A model generated the notes under the pieces. That model was not told where the DNA came from. It worked only from the letters and a program-made list of their open reading frames with translations, and did no database searches. From Alphaproteobacteria bacterium (GTDB lineage: Bacteria > Pseudomonadota > Alphaproteobacteria > JAIXQD01), in NCBI GenBank assembly GCA_965246895.1, contig OZ251993.1, positions 838,897 through 902,896 on the forward strand: DNA of 64,000 nucleotides, read 5' to 3'. Every line of letters begins with the position of its first letter. The first letter of the stretch is position 1. Position numbers and translations under genes: made by a program. Of this stretch, positions 28,514-43,923 are shown one piece after another.

Positions 28514-30874
28514 ATGCTAGAACAGGGCATGAACGCGCCAGAACAGCATATCGTGACTCAAATATCTGAAAACGAGCCAAATTCCATTATCGATGCGCCG
28601 ACAAATTTTCCGCCGGCCTTACAGATGATGTTTGACAGCCTGAACAATCCGCAACGGCAGGCGGTGCTGGCGTTGGATGGGCCAGTGCTGATGCTGGCCG
28701 GGGCGGGTACCGGCAAAACCAAAGCCCTAACGGCGCGGCTGGCGCATATTCTGCTGGGGCATCATGCACATACGCAGGAAGTGTTGGCCGTTACATTCAC
28801 CAATAAAGCTGCCAAGGAGATGCGGCACCGCGTCGAGCAGATTTTAGGCCGCTCGACGGCGGGCATGTGGCTCGGCACCTTCCACTCGATCTCGGTGCGT
28901 ATCCTGCGGCGCTATGCCGAGCGGGTGGGGTTGAAGCCGAGCTTCACCATTCTTGATACGGATGACCAGCTGCGCCTGATCAAGCAACTGGTTGAAGCCA
29001 TGAACCTTGACGAGAAGCGAAACCCGCCACGGATGTTGGCGGCGATCATCGACGGCTACAAAAATAAAGGTTGGCGGCCCGACCAGGTGCCGGCGCATGA
29101 AGCGGGCGCGATCGCCGACGGCAAGATGCTGGAGATTTACCGGCAGTATCAGGCGCGTCTTATCACGCTGAATGCTTGTGATTTTGGCGATCTGCTGTTG
29201 CATGTGCTGACGATTTTGCAGCAGCACGAGGATGCACGGGAAGCTTTGCAGCGGCAGTTCAAATATATCCTGGTCGACGAATATCAGGATACTAACGTTT
29301 CACAATATCTGTGGCTGCGGCTGCTGGCGCAACAGCATAAAAATATCTGCTGCGTTGGTGATGACGACCAGTCGATCTTCAGTTGGCGCGGCGCAGAGGT
29401 CGGCAATATCCTTCGGTTTGAAAAAGATTTCCCTGGCGCGGTTGTGATCCGGTTAGAGCAGAACTACCGCTCGACCGGGCATATTTTGGGCGCGGCTGGG
29501 GGCGTGATCGCGCAGAATAAGAACCGCCTTGGCAAAACGTTATGGACGGCGGCTGAAATGGGCGAGCAGGTACGCGTGCGCTCACTCTGGGGCGGGGAAG
29601 ACGAGGCGCGTTGGGTTGCGGAAGAAATCGAGACGCTGCAACGCCGCAAGGTTGATCTGTCAGACGTAGCGATTTTGGTGCGTGCCGGGTTCCAAACGCG
29701 CGAGTTTGAAGAACGCTTTATCAGCCTCGGCATTCCCTATCGCGTGCTGGCCGGTGCACGATTCTATGAACGGCAGGAAATCCGCGACGCGTTGGCCTAT
29801 TTCCGCATCATCATGGTGCGCGAAGACGATCTGGCCTTCGAGCGCATCATCAATGTGCCAAAGCGCGGAATCGGCGCGACGAGCCTGCAGAAGCTGCAAC
29901 AGTTGGCACGGGCGCGGCAACAGCCATTGCTGCAGATTGCCGAAGATGTTGTGCAAAGCGATGAGTTTACGGCCCGCACCCGTACGCCTCTGCGGGAGCT
30001 GACAGGTGCGCTCGCGCGCTGGCGGGCTGCTTTGGAAACTGAGAGTCATGTTGAACTGGCGCGACGTGTGCTGGATGAGAGCGGCTATACCGGCATGTGG
30101 CAGGCTGATGGTTCGCCCGAAGCACAGGGGCGGCTGGAAAACCTGAAAGAACTCGTCAGCGCTATGGCTGAGTTCGAGAGCATGGAAGGCTTTCTGGAGC
30201 ACGTCAGCCTGGTGATGGAGCAGGCGGAGGATGAGACAGTGGCCAAGGTCACGCTGATGACGCTGCATGCTTCCAAAGGCTTAGAGTTCGAACATGTGTT
30301 TCTGCCTGGCTGGGAAGAAGAAATTTTCCCGAGCCGCCGCACGTTGGAAGAAAGTGGTGCGAGCGGGTTGGAGGAAGAACGGCGGTTAGCGTACGTAGGA
30401 CTGACGCGTGCACGCGTTGCGGCCTATGTCAGCTATGTGTCGAGCCGCCGGGTTTACGGCAATACGGTCTATTCAATGCCATCGCGGTTCGTTAAAGAAA
30501 TGCCGCCAGAGCACGTGCAGGAGGAGATGGACCCCGGTCTTTACAGCCAACCGATGCAAAGCGGCCAGTTCGGCGGTGCCTCGCCTTATCTGGGGCCGGG
30601 CGGCACGATCAACCGCACGAACCGTTGGGGACGGGAAAAATACAGTACTGAGGATAAGCCAGCCGCGAAGCTGCTGGAAGGCGTTGCACGGGAGCTGGTG
30701 GTAGAGACCGAGGAGGGCCGCACGATCTATACGCCTGGCGCCCGTGTGTTTCATGATAAGTTCGGCTATGGCACGGTGGCGAGCGCCCGCGGCGATCTGC
30801 TGGATGTGAAATTCGATCATAGCGGCGTGAAGAAAATTATTGCCAGTTTTGTGAAGCCGCATGAGCAGGGGTGA
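28514..30874 (+). CDS. uvrD: UvrD/Rep-family ATP-dependent DNA helicase (DNA helicase II)
   Basis: 786 aa with Walker A AGAGTGKT and UvrD-family motifs throughout. Confidence 0.85.
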   Translation: MLEQGMNAPEQHIVTQISENEPNSIIDAPTNFPPALQMMFDSLNNPQRQAVLALDGPVLMLAGAGTGKTKALTARLAHILLGHHAHTQEVLAVTFTNKAAKEMRHRVEQILGRSTAGMWLGTFHSISVRILRRYAERVGLKPSFTILDTDDQLRLIKQLVEAMNLDEKRNPPRMLAAIIDGYKNKGWRPDQVPAHEAGAIADGKMLEIYRQYQARLITLNACDFGDLLLHVLTILQQHEDAREALQRQFKYILVDEYQDTNVSQYLWLRLLAQQHKNICCVGDDDQSIFSWRGAEVGNILRFEKDFPGAVVIRLEQNYRSTGHILGAAGGVIAQNKNRLGKTLWTAAEMGEQVRVRSLWGGEDEARWVAEEIETLQRRKVDLSDVAILVRAGFQTREFEERFISLGIPYRVLAGARFYERQEIRDALAYFRIIMVREDDLAFERIINVPKRGIGATSLQKLQQLARARQQPLLQIAEDVVQSDEFTARTRTPLRELTGALARWRAALETESHVELARRVLDESGYTGMWQADGSPEAQGRLENLKELVSAMAEFESMEGFLEHVSLVMEQAEDETVAKVTLMTLHASKGLEFEHVFLPGWEEEIFPSRRTLEESGASGLEEERRLAYVGLTRARVAAYVSYVSSRRVYGNTVYSMPSRFVKEMPPEHVQEEMDPGLYSQPMQSGQFGGASPYLGPGGTINRTNRWGREKYSTEDKPAAKLLEGVARELVVETEEGRTIYTPGARVFHDKFGYGTVASARGDLLDVKFDHSGVKKIIASFVKPHEQG

Positions 30875-31601
30875 GCTAGAGGCGGCATTGCCACACAGTT
30901 ACGTGCTGCAACATATGGTCGAGACAGACAGCACCATGAATGACGCGCAGCGGTGGCTGGAAGCGGGACATACGCCGCGAGCATTATTCATTGCCGATAC
31001 ACAGACAGATGCGCGTGGTCGGCGCGGGCGGAATTGGTTTGCGCCGATCGGTAATCTTTATGCAAGCCTATTGATACCGGCCCCACAGCCGGCACAGGCA
31101 GCAGGGCGGTTTGGCTTTATCATTAGCCTTGCCATTCATCAGGCGATCGCTGATTTAGGATTAGGTCAGACGGTTACATTAAAATGGCCAAACGACGTGC
31201 TAATTGACGGGGCAAAGGTTTCTGGTGTGTTGCTGGAACGGGTAGATAGTATATCGGGCGCGGGGCTGATCATCGGTTTTGGCGTTAATATTATTGCCTC
31301 GCCAGTTGATACGCCTTATCGGGCAACAAACCTGGCCGCGGCTGGTGTTACGATAACGGCAATGTCATTGACAGCAAAAATCATGGAAGCTTTCTGGCGG
31401 TATGAGGCCTTGCCGTTAGAGATATTGATTGCGACCTGGCGGGAGCGCGCACAGGGCATTGCTGCGCCAATCACCGTTAATCTGCCAAACGGAAGCATCG
31501 ACGGCATTTTCCGTGATCTTGCTGCAGACGGCGCGCTGCAGCTTGAATTGGCGGATGGGAGCACGCGGTTAATTTATAATGGCGATGTGTTTTTCCGATG
31601 A
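30861..31601 (+). CDS. birA: Biotin--[acetyl-CoA-carboxylase] ligase (group I BirA, no HTH domain)
   Basis: GRRGRNWFAPIGNLY biotin-binding loop and KWPNDVL motif. Confidence 0.8.
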   Translation: MSRGELEAALPHSYVLQHMVETDSTMNDAQRWLEAGHTPRALFIADTQTDARGRRGRNWFAPIGNLYASLLIPAPQPAQAAGRFGFIISLAIHQAIADLGLGQTVTLKWPNDVLIDGAKVSGVLLERVDSISGAGLIIGFGVNIIASPVDTPYRATNLAAAGVTITAMSLTAKIMEAFWRYEALPLEILIATWRERAQGIAAPITVNLPNGSIDGIFRDLAADGALQLELADGSTRLIYNGDVFFR

Positions 31602-32406
31602 CTAAGCTTTGGCGGGTGCAATGCACCGTGAATAACAGCGATAGTGCGACTATCGAAGATGCGCTGTTTCCATTATCAGTCGCGATGGAAGAATCGCCAG
31701 GACGCGACGGCCAAACGCATCTAACATTTTTGGTGCAGTCAAAACCGCAGACAGAGTTGTTGGAAAATCTGCCAGCATCAATAAATATAACCGAGATTAA
31801 GGACCAAGATTGGCTGGCGCAGACTGCGCGCGGCGCCACCCAAGCTGGATCTTTTACCCTGCTGCCCTTAGGCGAAACCGTGCAGGATGCTGCCAATACA
31901 ATCCTGATTGATGGGCGCTACGCATTCGGCGATGGACATCACCCAACGACAATCGGATGTATTGAAGCGATGGAGCGACTGAAAGCCGCAAGAATCTCGC
32001 CAGAACGGATTGCCGATATTGGCTGCGGTACTGGTATTTTGGCATTAGCTGCGGCCAAGCTGTGGCCAGAGGCTGAGGTGATTGCGAGCGACTGCGAAGC
32101 CGCTGCGGTGGCTGCTACACAAGCGGCAGCAAGCGCTAATCAACTAGATTTGCAGGTATTTGAAGCAAGCGGGTTTGAAGCGCGTAATGTCATTTATGAT
32201 CTAATCGTCATGAATTTGCTATTGGGGCCGCTGTTAGCGCTAGCAGCGGAGGCAGCGGCATATCTAACACGCGGCGGCTGTTGTATTCTGTCTGGTATCC
32301 TACCGGAACAAACAGAAGCTGTGGCTGCGGCTTACGCAGCGCAGGGACTTGGCGAATTGCCGCGATCGCAGCATGATGGCTGGATGACTTTAATGTTCAA
32401 AAGACT

Positions 32407-32410
<4 letters not shown>
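31598..32410 (+). CDS. prmA: Ribosomal protein L11 methyltransferase
   Basis: FGDGHHPTT and DIGCGTGILA motifs. Confidence 0.8.
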
Positions 32411-37965
<5,555 letters not shown>

Positions 37966-37973
37966 CTGGCGTA

Positions 37974-38771
37974 TTAGAAGATTTTACTGAGGAAGCCGCT
38001 TGAGGCTTTCTTGGGTGCAAGACCACGCGCGGTAAGCAGGCGATAGCTATCTTCGTACCAGCTGCTGCCCGGATAATTGTAGCCAAGTACAGCGCCCGCA
38101 GCCTGGGCTTCCTCGAATAATCCGAGCGCTAAATAGCATTCAACAAGACGATGCAAGGCTTCCGGCACCTGGCTTGTCGTCTGATAATTCTCGACAACGT
38201 TGCGGAAGCGGTTAACGGCTGCGCCATAAAGCTCGCGCTTCTGGTAATAGCGGCCGATCTCCATATCCTTGCCGGCTAAGTGATCGTGAGCAAGGTCGAG
38301 CTTCAGCTTGGCGTCACGCGCGTAAGGCGTGCCGGGAAAACGCGTGACGACATCCTGTAGCTGACCAAGCGCGGCTTCGGTGAAGCTTTGGTCGCGCTGC
38401 ACATCGCGGATCTGCTCATAGTTGCAAAGCGCCTTGAGGTAATAAGCGTAAGCTACATTCTCGTTACCCGGATGCAGCTGGATAAAACGATCAAGGGTCG
38501 AGATCGACTCCTCATACTTCTCGTCCATATAATAGGCGTAGGCGGAATTCAGCTGCGCGCGCGTAGCCCATTCGGAATAGGGATGCTGACGATCGACCTC
38601 GTCAAAATCTTTGGCGGCTTTTTCGTACTTGCCTTGGAACGAAGCATTGAGCGCCTGGTTATAAAGCGTGCCAACGGGCTGCTCGACATATTTTTCTTCC
38701 TTATCGTCGCCAGCGCAGGCAGCGAGTAGGAGTAAGGCGGTAATGGCAAGGGCAGAAAGACGCGAAATCAT
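37974..38771 (-). CDS. bamD: Outer membrane protein assembly factor BamD (TPR lipoprotein)
   Basis: Lipoprotein signal with lipobox LLLAAC, TPR repeats, and conserved position downstream of lpxC. Confidence 0.8.
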   Translation of the reverse strand: MISRLSALAITALLLLAACAGDDKEEKYVEQPVGTLYNQALNASFQGKYEKAAKDFDEVDRQHPYSEWATRAQLNSAYAYYMDEKYEESISTLDRFIQLHPGNENVAYAYYLKALCNYEQIRDVQRDQSFTEAALGQLQDVVTRFPGTPYARDAKLKLDLAHDHLAGKDMEIGRYYQKRELYGAAVNRFRNVVENYQTTSQVPEALHRLVECYLALGLFEEAQAAGAVLGYNYPGSSWYEDSYRLLTARGLAPKKASSGFLSKIF

Positions 38772-38824
38772 GGCCGGAGTTTAGGCGGAGAGGGCCGCCG
38801 GGCCAAGCAGATTCAGAGCCGAAT

Positions 38825-39901
38825 TTAAGCGGTCTGGCGCAGTAATTCAGGCTGAGCGGTAGAAGCCGGAGCGCCGCAATCGACCCAGCGATAATTGGCA
38901 GTATCGGCAAAGACCGCATGCAAGAGCTTGTTATTCAGGGCATGGCCGGTGGCCACGCCTTCAAAGCGGCCGAGGATCGCACCGCCGCAAAGCGACAGGT
39001 CACCGATCGCATCCAGCAGCTTGTGGCGGGCAAATTCAGTATCGAAGCGGAGACCACCGAGGTTAGCTACAACCGTATCCCAAACCAGGACGTTATTATC
39101 GAGGCTGCCGCCTTTGCCTAAACCGTTCGACCAGACAGCATCAAGCTCGGCAAATAGCGTGAAGGAGCGGGCAGCGGCAATCTCGCGCTTATAAGCGGTA
39201 GGGGTCAGGCGCAGCTCTGCCGATTGGTTGCCAATCAGCGCATTGGTGCGGGTGTAATCGAGCGTAACTTTATAATCGCTAGTAGCCGCAGGCATGAAAC
39301 GCGCGGATTTGCCAGCTTCGGTAATTTCGACCGGCCGCAGGATTTCTAAAACGCGGCGCGGCGCTGATTGCGGCATAATACCCATATGCTCGATCGCAGC
39401 AACGATTGGCGCGGCACTACCATCCATTGCTGGCACTTCCGGGCCATCAATCTCAATCGTGCAATTATCAATGCCGAGGCCAGCAAGAGCGGAGGTAACA
39501 TGCTCGACCGTTGAGACGCGCGCGCCGAAGCTGTTGCCGATAACAGTGCAAAGGCGGGTGTCGACTACATGATCCCAACGCGCAGAAATGGTGTTCTCGC
39601 CGTCTTTCAGATCAGTGCGGATAAACGTGATGCCGCTGTTCGCTGGCGCTGGCAGCAGACGCATGGTGACGGTCGCGCCGCTATGTAGGCCGATATCTGT
39701 CAGCGTCACAGGCTGGACGAGGGTCTGCTGGTAAGGGGGGCAAATAGCCGAATCGAATTTCATATCAACAAGATAGGGCCTGGTATTGGTTGCACCAAAA
39801 CAAGCATTGTGACGCTTTGTTTCAAGGCTAACCAATTGATTTTTATGACTATCCTGTGGGCAGGCCTTCTTCTTCGCCAGGCACAGAAACGTCGTAGGCA
39901 T
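38825..39901 (-). CDS. lpxC: UDP-3-O-acyl-N-acetylglucosamine deacetylase. The ORF-track start at 39901 is probably over-extended; the likely true start is Met-47 (MKFDSAI...) near 39763.
   Basis: LpxC motifs (HSGATVTMRLLPAP..., catalytic His/Asp blocks). The extended N-terminus would overlap the upstream CMD-family gene. Confidence 0.9.
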   Translation of the reverse strand: MPTTFLCLAKKKACPQDSHKNQLVSLETKRHNACFGATNTRPYLVDMKFDSAICPPYQQTLVQPVTLTDIGLHSGATVTMRLLPAPANSGITFIRTDLKDGENTISARWDHVVDTRLCTVIGNSFGARVSTVEHVTSALAGLGIDNCTIEIDGPEVPAMDGSAAPIVAAIEHMGIMPQSAPRRVLEILRPVEITEAGKSARFMPAATSDYKVTLDYTRTNALIGNQSAELRLTPTAYKREIAAARSFTLFAELDAVWSNGLGKGGSLDNNVLVWDTVVANLGGLRFDTEFARHKLLDAIGDLSLCGGAILGRFEGVATGHALNNKLLHAVFADTANYRWVDCGAPASTAQPELLRQTA

Positions 39902-40433
39902 TGAGCGTCACTGAGACGAGGCAATAGCAACCGACGAGATAAGCAAGCTCTGCCGTGCCAGCTTCACCAAAGTGCTTGAGCGCCAATTGATAGGCGGCTT
40001 CCGGCAGTTGCCCGCCACGGCTGAGTGCATAGGCGACATCATAGGCGATGCCTTCTTCTGCAGACAGATCAGCGGGGCGCTGGCCGGTGGTGATGGTCGC
40101 GATCTTTTCGGGCGAGAGGCCGAGGTTTTGAGCGACATGCTCATGCGCATACATTTCATAGCGGGAGCGGAACTGCGCGCCAACGACGAGGATCGCGATC
40201 TCGCGCACCGGTTTTGGCAGCTTTGAATTGACGCCGATGGCGACAATAAAATCCCACACAGGCTTGCCGAATTGCGGGAACTGCAGCATGGCGTTGAACG
40301 GGCCGACCAATGCGCCATCGGCACGCTTCGATACAAAACCTTTCAGACGCGCGGAGATGCCCTCGTTCATTTCATCGTAAAATGGCTTTTGCTCAGGCGT
40401 CAGAGCGGCAGCGGGAATTGGGGGTAGGCGCAT
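39849..40433 (-). CDS. Carboxymuconolactone decarboxylase (CMD/AhpD-like) family protein
   Basis: 194 aa, helical CMD-family pattern. Unusually located between ftsZ and lpxC. Confidence 0.65.
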   Translation of the reverse strand: MRLPPIPAAALTPEQKPFYDEMNEGISARLKGFVSKRADGALVGPFNAMLQFPQFGKPVWDFIVAIGVNSKLPKPVREIAILVVGAQFRSRYEMYAHEHVAQNLGLSPEKIATITTGQRPADLSAEEGIAYDVAYALSRGGQLPEAAYQLALKHFGEAGTAELAYLVGCYCLVSVTLNAYDVSVPGEEEGLPTG

Positions 40434-40450
40434 TGTGAACTCCGATTAAT

Positions 40451-40486
40451 GGAAAAGCCCGGCGGTGAAGCCGGGCTTTTGATTTT
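40451..40486 (-). terminator. Rho-independent (bidirectional-type) terminator immediately after ftsZ
   Basis: AAAAGCCCGGC-ggtgaa-GCCGGGCTTTT, with T-runs on both strands. Confidence 0.65.
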
Positions 40487-40503
40487 GCACTAAGTTTTAC
40501 AGC

Positions 40504-42186
40504 TTAATTCGATTGGCGGCGAAGGAAGGCTGGGATTTCCAGCTCGTCTTCTGTTTGCTGCGGTGCCGATTGGCTAGTTTGCGGCTGTTGATAGCTGCTG
40601 CCTTGCTGCGGTTGTTGCATGGATGGTTGTTGATAGCTGCTTTGGGGCTGGCTGTTGGTATGATTGGGCGTGCCTTGTAGACCGAGGCTGCTCTTCGCAC
40701 GTTCGATCAGCGATGGCTGGCGGCGCACACGTTCTTCAAAGTTCATGTGATTGTTTTGCGACGACTGCTGTGTGCCTTGCGATTGTTGTGATTGATCCGG
40801 TGCATAGCTGGACGAGGTAGGAATGCTGTTATTGTTAGGCATCGCGACTGGCGCAAAGCCGTTATCCGACATAGTTGGCTGCGCGTAGCTTTGCGTGGCA
40901 GCGGATGGCGTTAGCCCAGCTTCGCTTGGCAGTGGCAAATCTTGTGAAACATCGCTGTTCCAATTGCTATCAGACGTGCTGCTAGTCGGTTGCTGATTAC
41001 TTTGCGGCGTCAGCTGCGTATAGCCGGAGGCGGTCCCGCCGCTTGTGTTCTGGCCATGCGTGGAATTGTTTGCCGTCGGCGCCGGTGTCATTTGCGCCTG
41101 ATAGGTCGCGCTTGGCGTGTAGTTGGTAGGGCTGGTTGGGCGGTTCTGCACAACGCTGAATGGCGCGCCGACTGCGCCGAAGTTTGCCGTTGCTGCGGAG
41201 GCCGTTCGCGGCAAAGTGGCAGTGGCCGCTTCGATGCCCGTGGCGACGACAGACACGCGAATCGAGCCTTCGATTTCAGGATTGAACGTTGAGCCGAAGA
41301 TGATGTTGGCATCTGGATCGACTTCCTCGCGAATGCGGTTAGCAGCCTGATCCACTTCATAAAGCGTCATATCCATGCCGCCAGTAATATTAATCAGCAC
41401 GCCGCGTGCACCCTTCATCGAAACATCGTCGAGCAGTGGATTACGAATTGCGGCTTCGGCAGCGTCAAGGGCGCGGGTCGCGCCAGAGGCTTCACCGGTA
41501 CCCATCATCGCCTTGCCCATTTCGGCCATGACGCTACGGATATCGTTGAAGTCGAGATTGATCATACCAGGCATGGTGATGAGGTCGGTCACGCCGCGTA
41601 CGCCCGAATGCAACACGTCATCGGCCATGGTAAAGGCTTGCGCAAATGTCGTCTTCTCGTTCGCGAGGCGGAAGAGGTTGTTGTTCGGAATGACGATCAG
41701 CGTGTCGACATATTGCTGTAGTTCCTGGATGCCGCTTTCGGCTAGGCGCATGCGGTGCGCCCCTTCGAAGCCGAATGGCTTAGTGACGACACCGACCGTG
41801 AGGATGCCGAGTTCGCGTGCCGTGCGCGCCACGACTGGCGCTGCGCCGGTACCGGTGCCGCCGCCCATGCCGGCAGCGATAAAGACCATGTTGCAGCCGG
41901 AAAGCGCTTGCGTGATTTCATCAATCTGCTCTTCCGCGGCAGCGCGACCCATATCGGGGCGGGCGCCTGCACCTAGGCCCTTGGTGAGGCTGGCACCGAG
42001 TTGGATGCGATTTTGCGACAGGCTGTTCGAAAGCGCCTGCGCGTCTGTATTGAGAACGAGGAAATCGACACCCGAAAGATCATTGCGGATCATGTTAGTG
42101 ACAGCATTGCCACCCGCGCCACCAACGCCGCAGATCAGAATGCGGGGGCTAAGGGTTTGCTCTTGCGGGATCGAAAGATTGATCAT
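40504..42186 (-). CDS. ftsZ: Cell division protein FtsZ with long Q/S/T/P-rich C-terminal linker
   Basis: Tubulin signature [11 protein letters not shown]. 560 aa with extended low-complexity linker and a conserved C-terminal peptide. Preceded by GGAG Shine-Dalgarno. Confidence 0.95.
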   Translation of the reverse strand: MINLSIPQEQTLSPRILICGVGGAGGNAVTNMIRNDLSGVDFLVLNTDAQALSNSLSQNRIQLGASLTKGLGAGARPDMGRAAAEEQIDEITQALSGCNMVFIAAGMGGGTGTGAAPVVARTARELGILTVGVVTKPFGFEGAHRMRLAESGIQELQQYVDTLIVIPNNNLFRLANEKTTFAQAFTMADDVLHSGVRGVTDLITMPGMINLDFNDIRSVMAEMGKAMMGTGEASGATRALDAAEAAIRNPLLDDVSMKGARGVLINITGGMDMTLYEVDQAANRIREEVDPDANIIFGSTFNPEIEGSIRVSVVATGIEAATATLPRTASAATANFGAVGAPFSVVQNRPTSPTNYTPSATYQAQMTPAPTANNSTHGQNTSGGTASGYTQLTPQSNQQPTSSTSDSNWNSDVSQDLPLPSEAGLTPSAATQSYAQPTMSDNGFAPVAMPNNNSIPTSSSYAPDQSQQSQGTQQSSQNNHMNFEERVRRQPSLIERAKSSLGLQGTPNHTNSQPQSSYQQPSMQQPQQGSSYQQPQTSQSAPQQTEDELEIPAFLRRQSN

Positions 42187-42315
42187 CGGGAATAAGCTCC
42201 TAAAAGGGTGGCGTCGGCTAACAAAAATCGAATCAGGGGCGTCAAAAGTCTTTACGCTCTGTTAACACCATTGGTACGCAGGATTCGAAGCATGTGCAAC
42301 ATAAATGGCACAAAT

Positions 42316-43881
42316 TTAGCTCGGTTGTGTGCCTGCCTGGCGGCTTGACGAAAGAGACTGTGGATAACTGGGGCATGGCGAAGGTTGCCATCGCTCGATC
42401 ACACGGCAATCGGCCACTTTCTTTTGAAAAGTTGCCGACATTCTCTGGATCTTATTGCGTACGCCTTCAGCAATGCCCTCATGATCATCGTGACTGAGGC
42501 GATACACGATCACGGCTAAAGCTTTATCGAATTTCGGATGAAACGAATCGAATGATTTTACGCGCGTTGCAACTTCGTTTCTGACGCCTTCCGAAGGATC
42601 TCTAGATAACAGATCAAGCGTTTCGATCATGTCTGTCACTCGTATTTGATCAGCTTGTTTATGGAGAGCCTGCATGCCTGATAAAGCATAGTCGGGTACA
42701 ACCATGCGAACCTTAGTTTCAGGATGAAAACTGAGCTGAACGACAGCGTCGAGTGCCTGTGCGTATTTGTCAGCATGCATGTGATCGAAGAAGCGATTGC
42801 CGAGCATCATTAATCCGTCGAGACGCCGGCTGGGATCAGGATGTGTAAGGAGTGTTTTCGCGTAGGCATATAGACGTTCATTTTGAGCTTGGGTGAGCGG
42901 CGGCACAGCAAGTTGGCCATCTTGACGCGGGCCCTCAACGGGAAGTAACGGCATGATTGAACGCGTTTCACAATCATCGATGGCGGCATCGATCAGCTTC
43001 GGATAAAATTCATCAAAATTCAGCCGGTCTTTAAGCGATGATATTTCAATCGAAGTATCGTCGTTGCTGTCAGCAATAACGAAACCTTCGTCGCCGAAAT
43101 GCATCTGGAACTTTTCCTGCGTTCTCGGCAATAACAATACGAACAGGCTGCCGGTTTTGTTGTAATCGTCAAACGCAGATCGGCTATCAGTGTCGGCTGT
43201 GCACCATTGCGTTTGGCGACCGTAAAAACGTGCAGCTGCAATTCGGTTGATGCGCAGAAGTCGATAATCTTCATTTTTACCAATGATAACAGCCGCCGGG
43301 TCTTTGCCAGCCAATAAAGCTATTTCTTCCGGATTGCCGGCTATGAACGACGTATCAACGACTTTTGGCTTGAACATGTTACGGAACGCAGTCGGAAAAT
43401 CCGCTTCCTCGCAGTAGGAATTAAAACGCGGTGAATTGTGGATTCGTTGTTTGTACGGCTGTAAGCCTTTGAAAATTTCAGCAGGTTTCAGGGCAATTAG
43501 CTGTCCGGTGTAAGATCCAAGTGGAGCATATAGATCGAATGGAATATAAGCGCTGTGCAGCGCGTCCACAGCGGCAAGATAAAGCGAAATTTTATCTGTA
43601 TCTTCGTAGAATAATCGATGGCGTTCGGCGGGCGATGATTGTTTTACCAAAGTGCAAAGATAGGGAATGAATTTACCAGCTGGCGTTAAATCGATTTGCA
43701 AAATCATTTCAATCGAACGTTGTACATCGAGTTCACTGTCATAAGCTCTGTAATCGCCGATAAAAGGATTTTCACGTATAAAATCGCCTGCATCGCTCAA
43801 CAAGAAGGTTAGTTGGCGCTGTTTGGCCTGTCGCATTGGTGGCAAATTATAGGGATTTTCATCCATGCCCGGTTCTATCAC
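42316..43881 (-). CDS. Hypothetical 521-aa protein inserted between ftsA and ftsZ. It is AT-rich, the C-terminal third has HEAT/PBS-like repeat character, and the ORF-track start is a GTG.
   Basis: Long uninterrupted ORF, AT-richer than flanking dcw genes, with no recognised catalytic motifs. C-terminal repeats resemble DPSxxVRxxAxxxL HEAT-like units. Confidence 0.55.
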   Translation of the reverse strand: MIEPGMDENPYNLPPMRQAKQRQLTFLLSDAGDFIRENPFIGDYRAYDSELDVQRSIEMILQIDLTPAGKFIPYLCTLVKQSSPAERHRLFYEDTDKISLYLAAVDALHSAYIPFDLYAPLGSYTGQLIALKPAEIFKGLQPYKQRIHNSPRFNSYCEEADFPTAFRNMFKPKVVDTSFIAGNPEEIALLAGKDPAAVIIGKNEDYRLLRINRIAAARFYGRQTQWCTADTDSRSAFDDYNKTGSLFVLLLPRTQEKFQMHFGDEGFVIADSNDDTSIEISSLKDRLNFDEFYPKLIDAAIDDCETRSIMPLLPVEGPRQDGQLAVPPLTQAQNERLYAYAKTLLTHPDPSRRLDGLMMLGNRFFDHMHADKYAQALDAVVQLSFHPETKVRMVVPDYALSGMQALHKQADQIRVTDMIETLDLLSRDPSEGVRNEVATRVKSFDSFHPKFDKALAVIVYRLSHDDHEGIAEGVRNKIQRMSATFQKKVADCRVIERWQPSPCPSYPQSLSSSRQAGTQPS

Positions 43882-43923
43882 GCTGCCGTGAAAGTAATTC
43901 GCGAAAAATATTAACGTACAGCC

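Noticed and set aside
41375-42265. 296-aa plus-strand ORF antisense to ftsZ
   Set aside because: It is antisense within ftsZ, with a Pro/Ala/Arg-rich translation typical of GC-skewed antisense frames.
42251-42266. CtrA-box-like TTTA-N7-TTAAC upstream of ftsZ
   Set aside because: It is one mismatch from TTAA-N7-TTAAC and a single occurrence. It is too weak to call without knowing whether the organism uses CtrA control.
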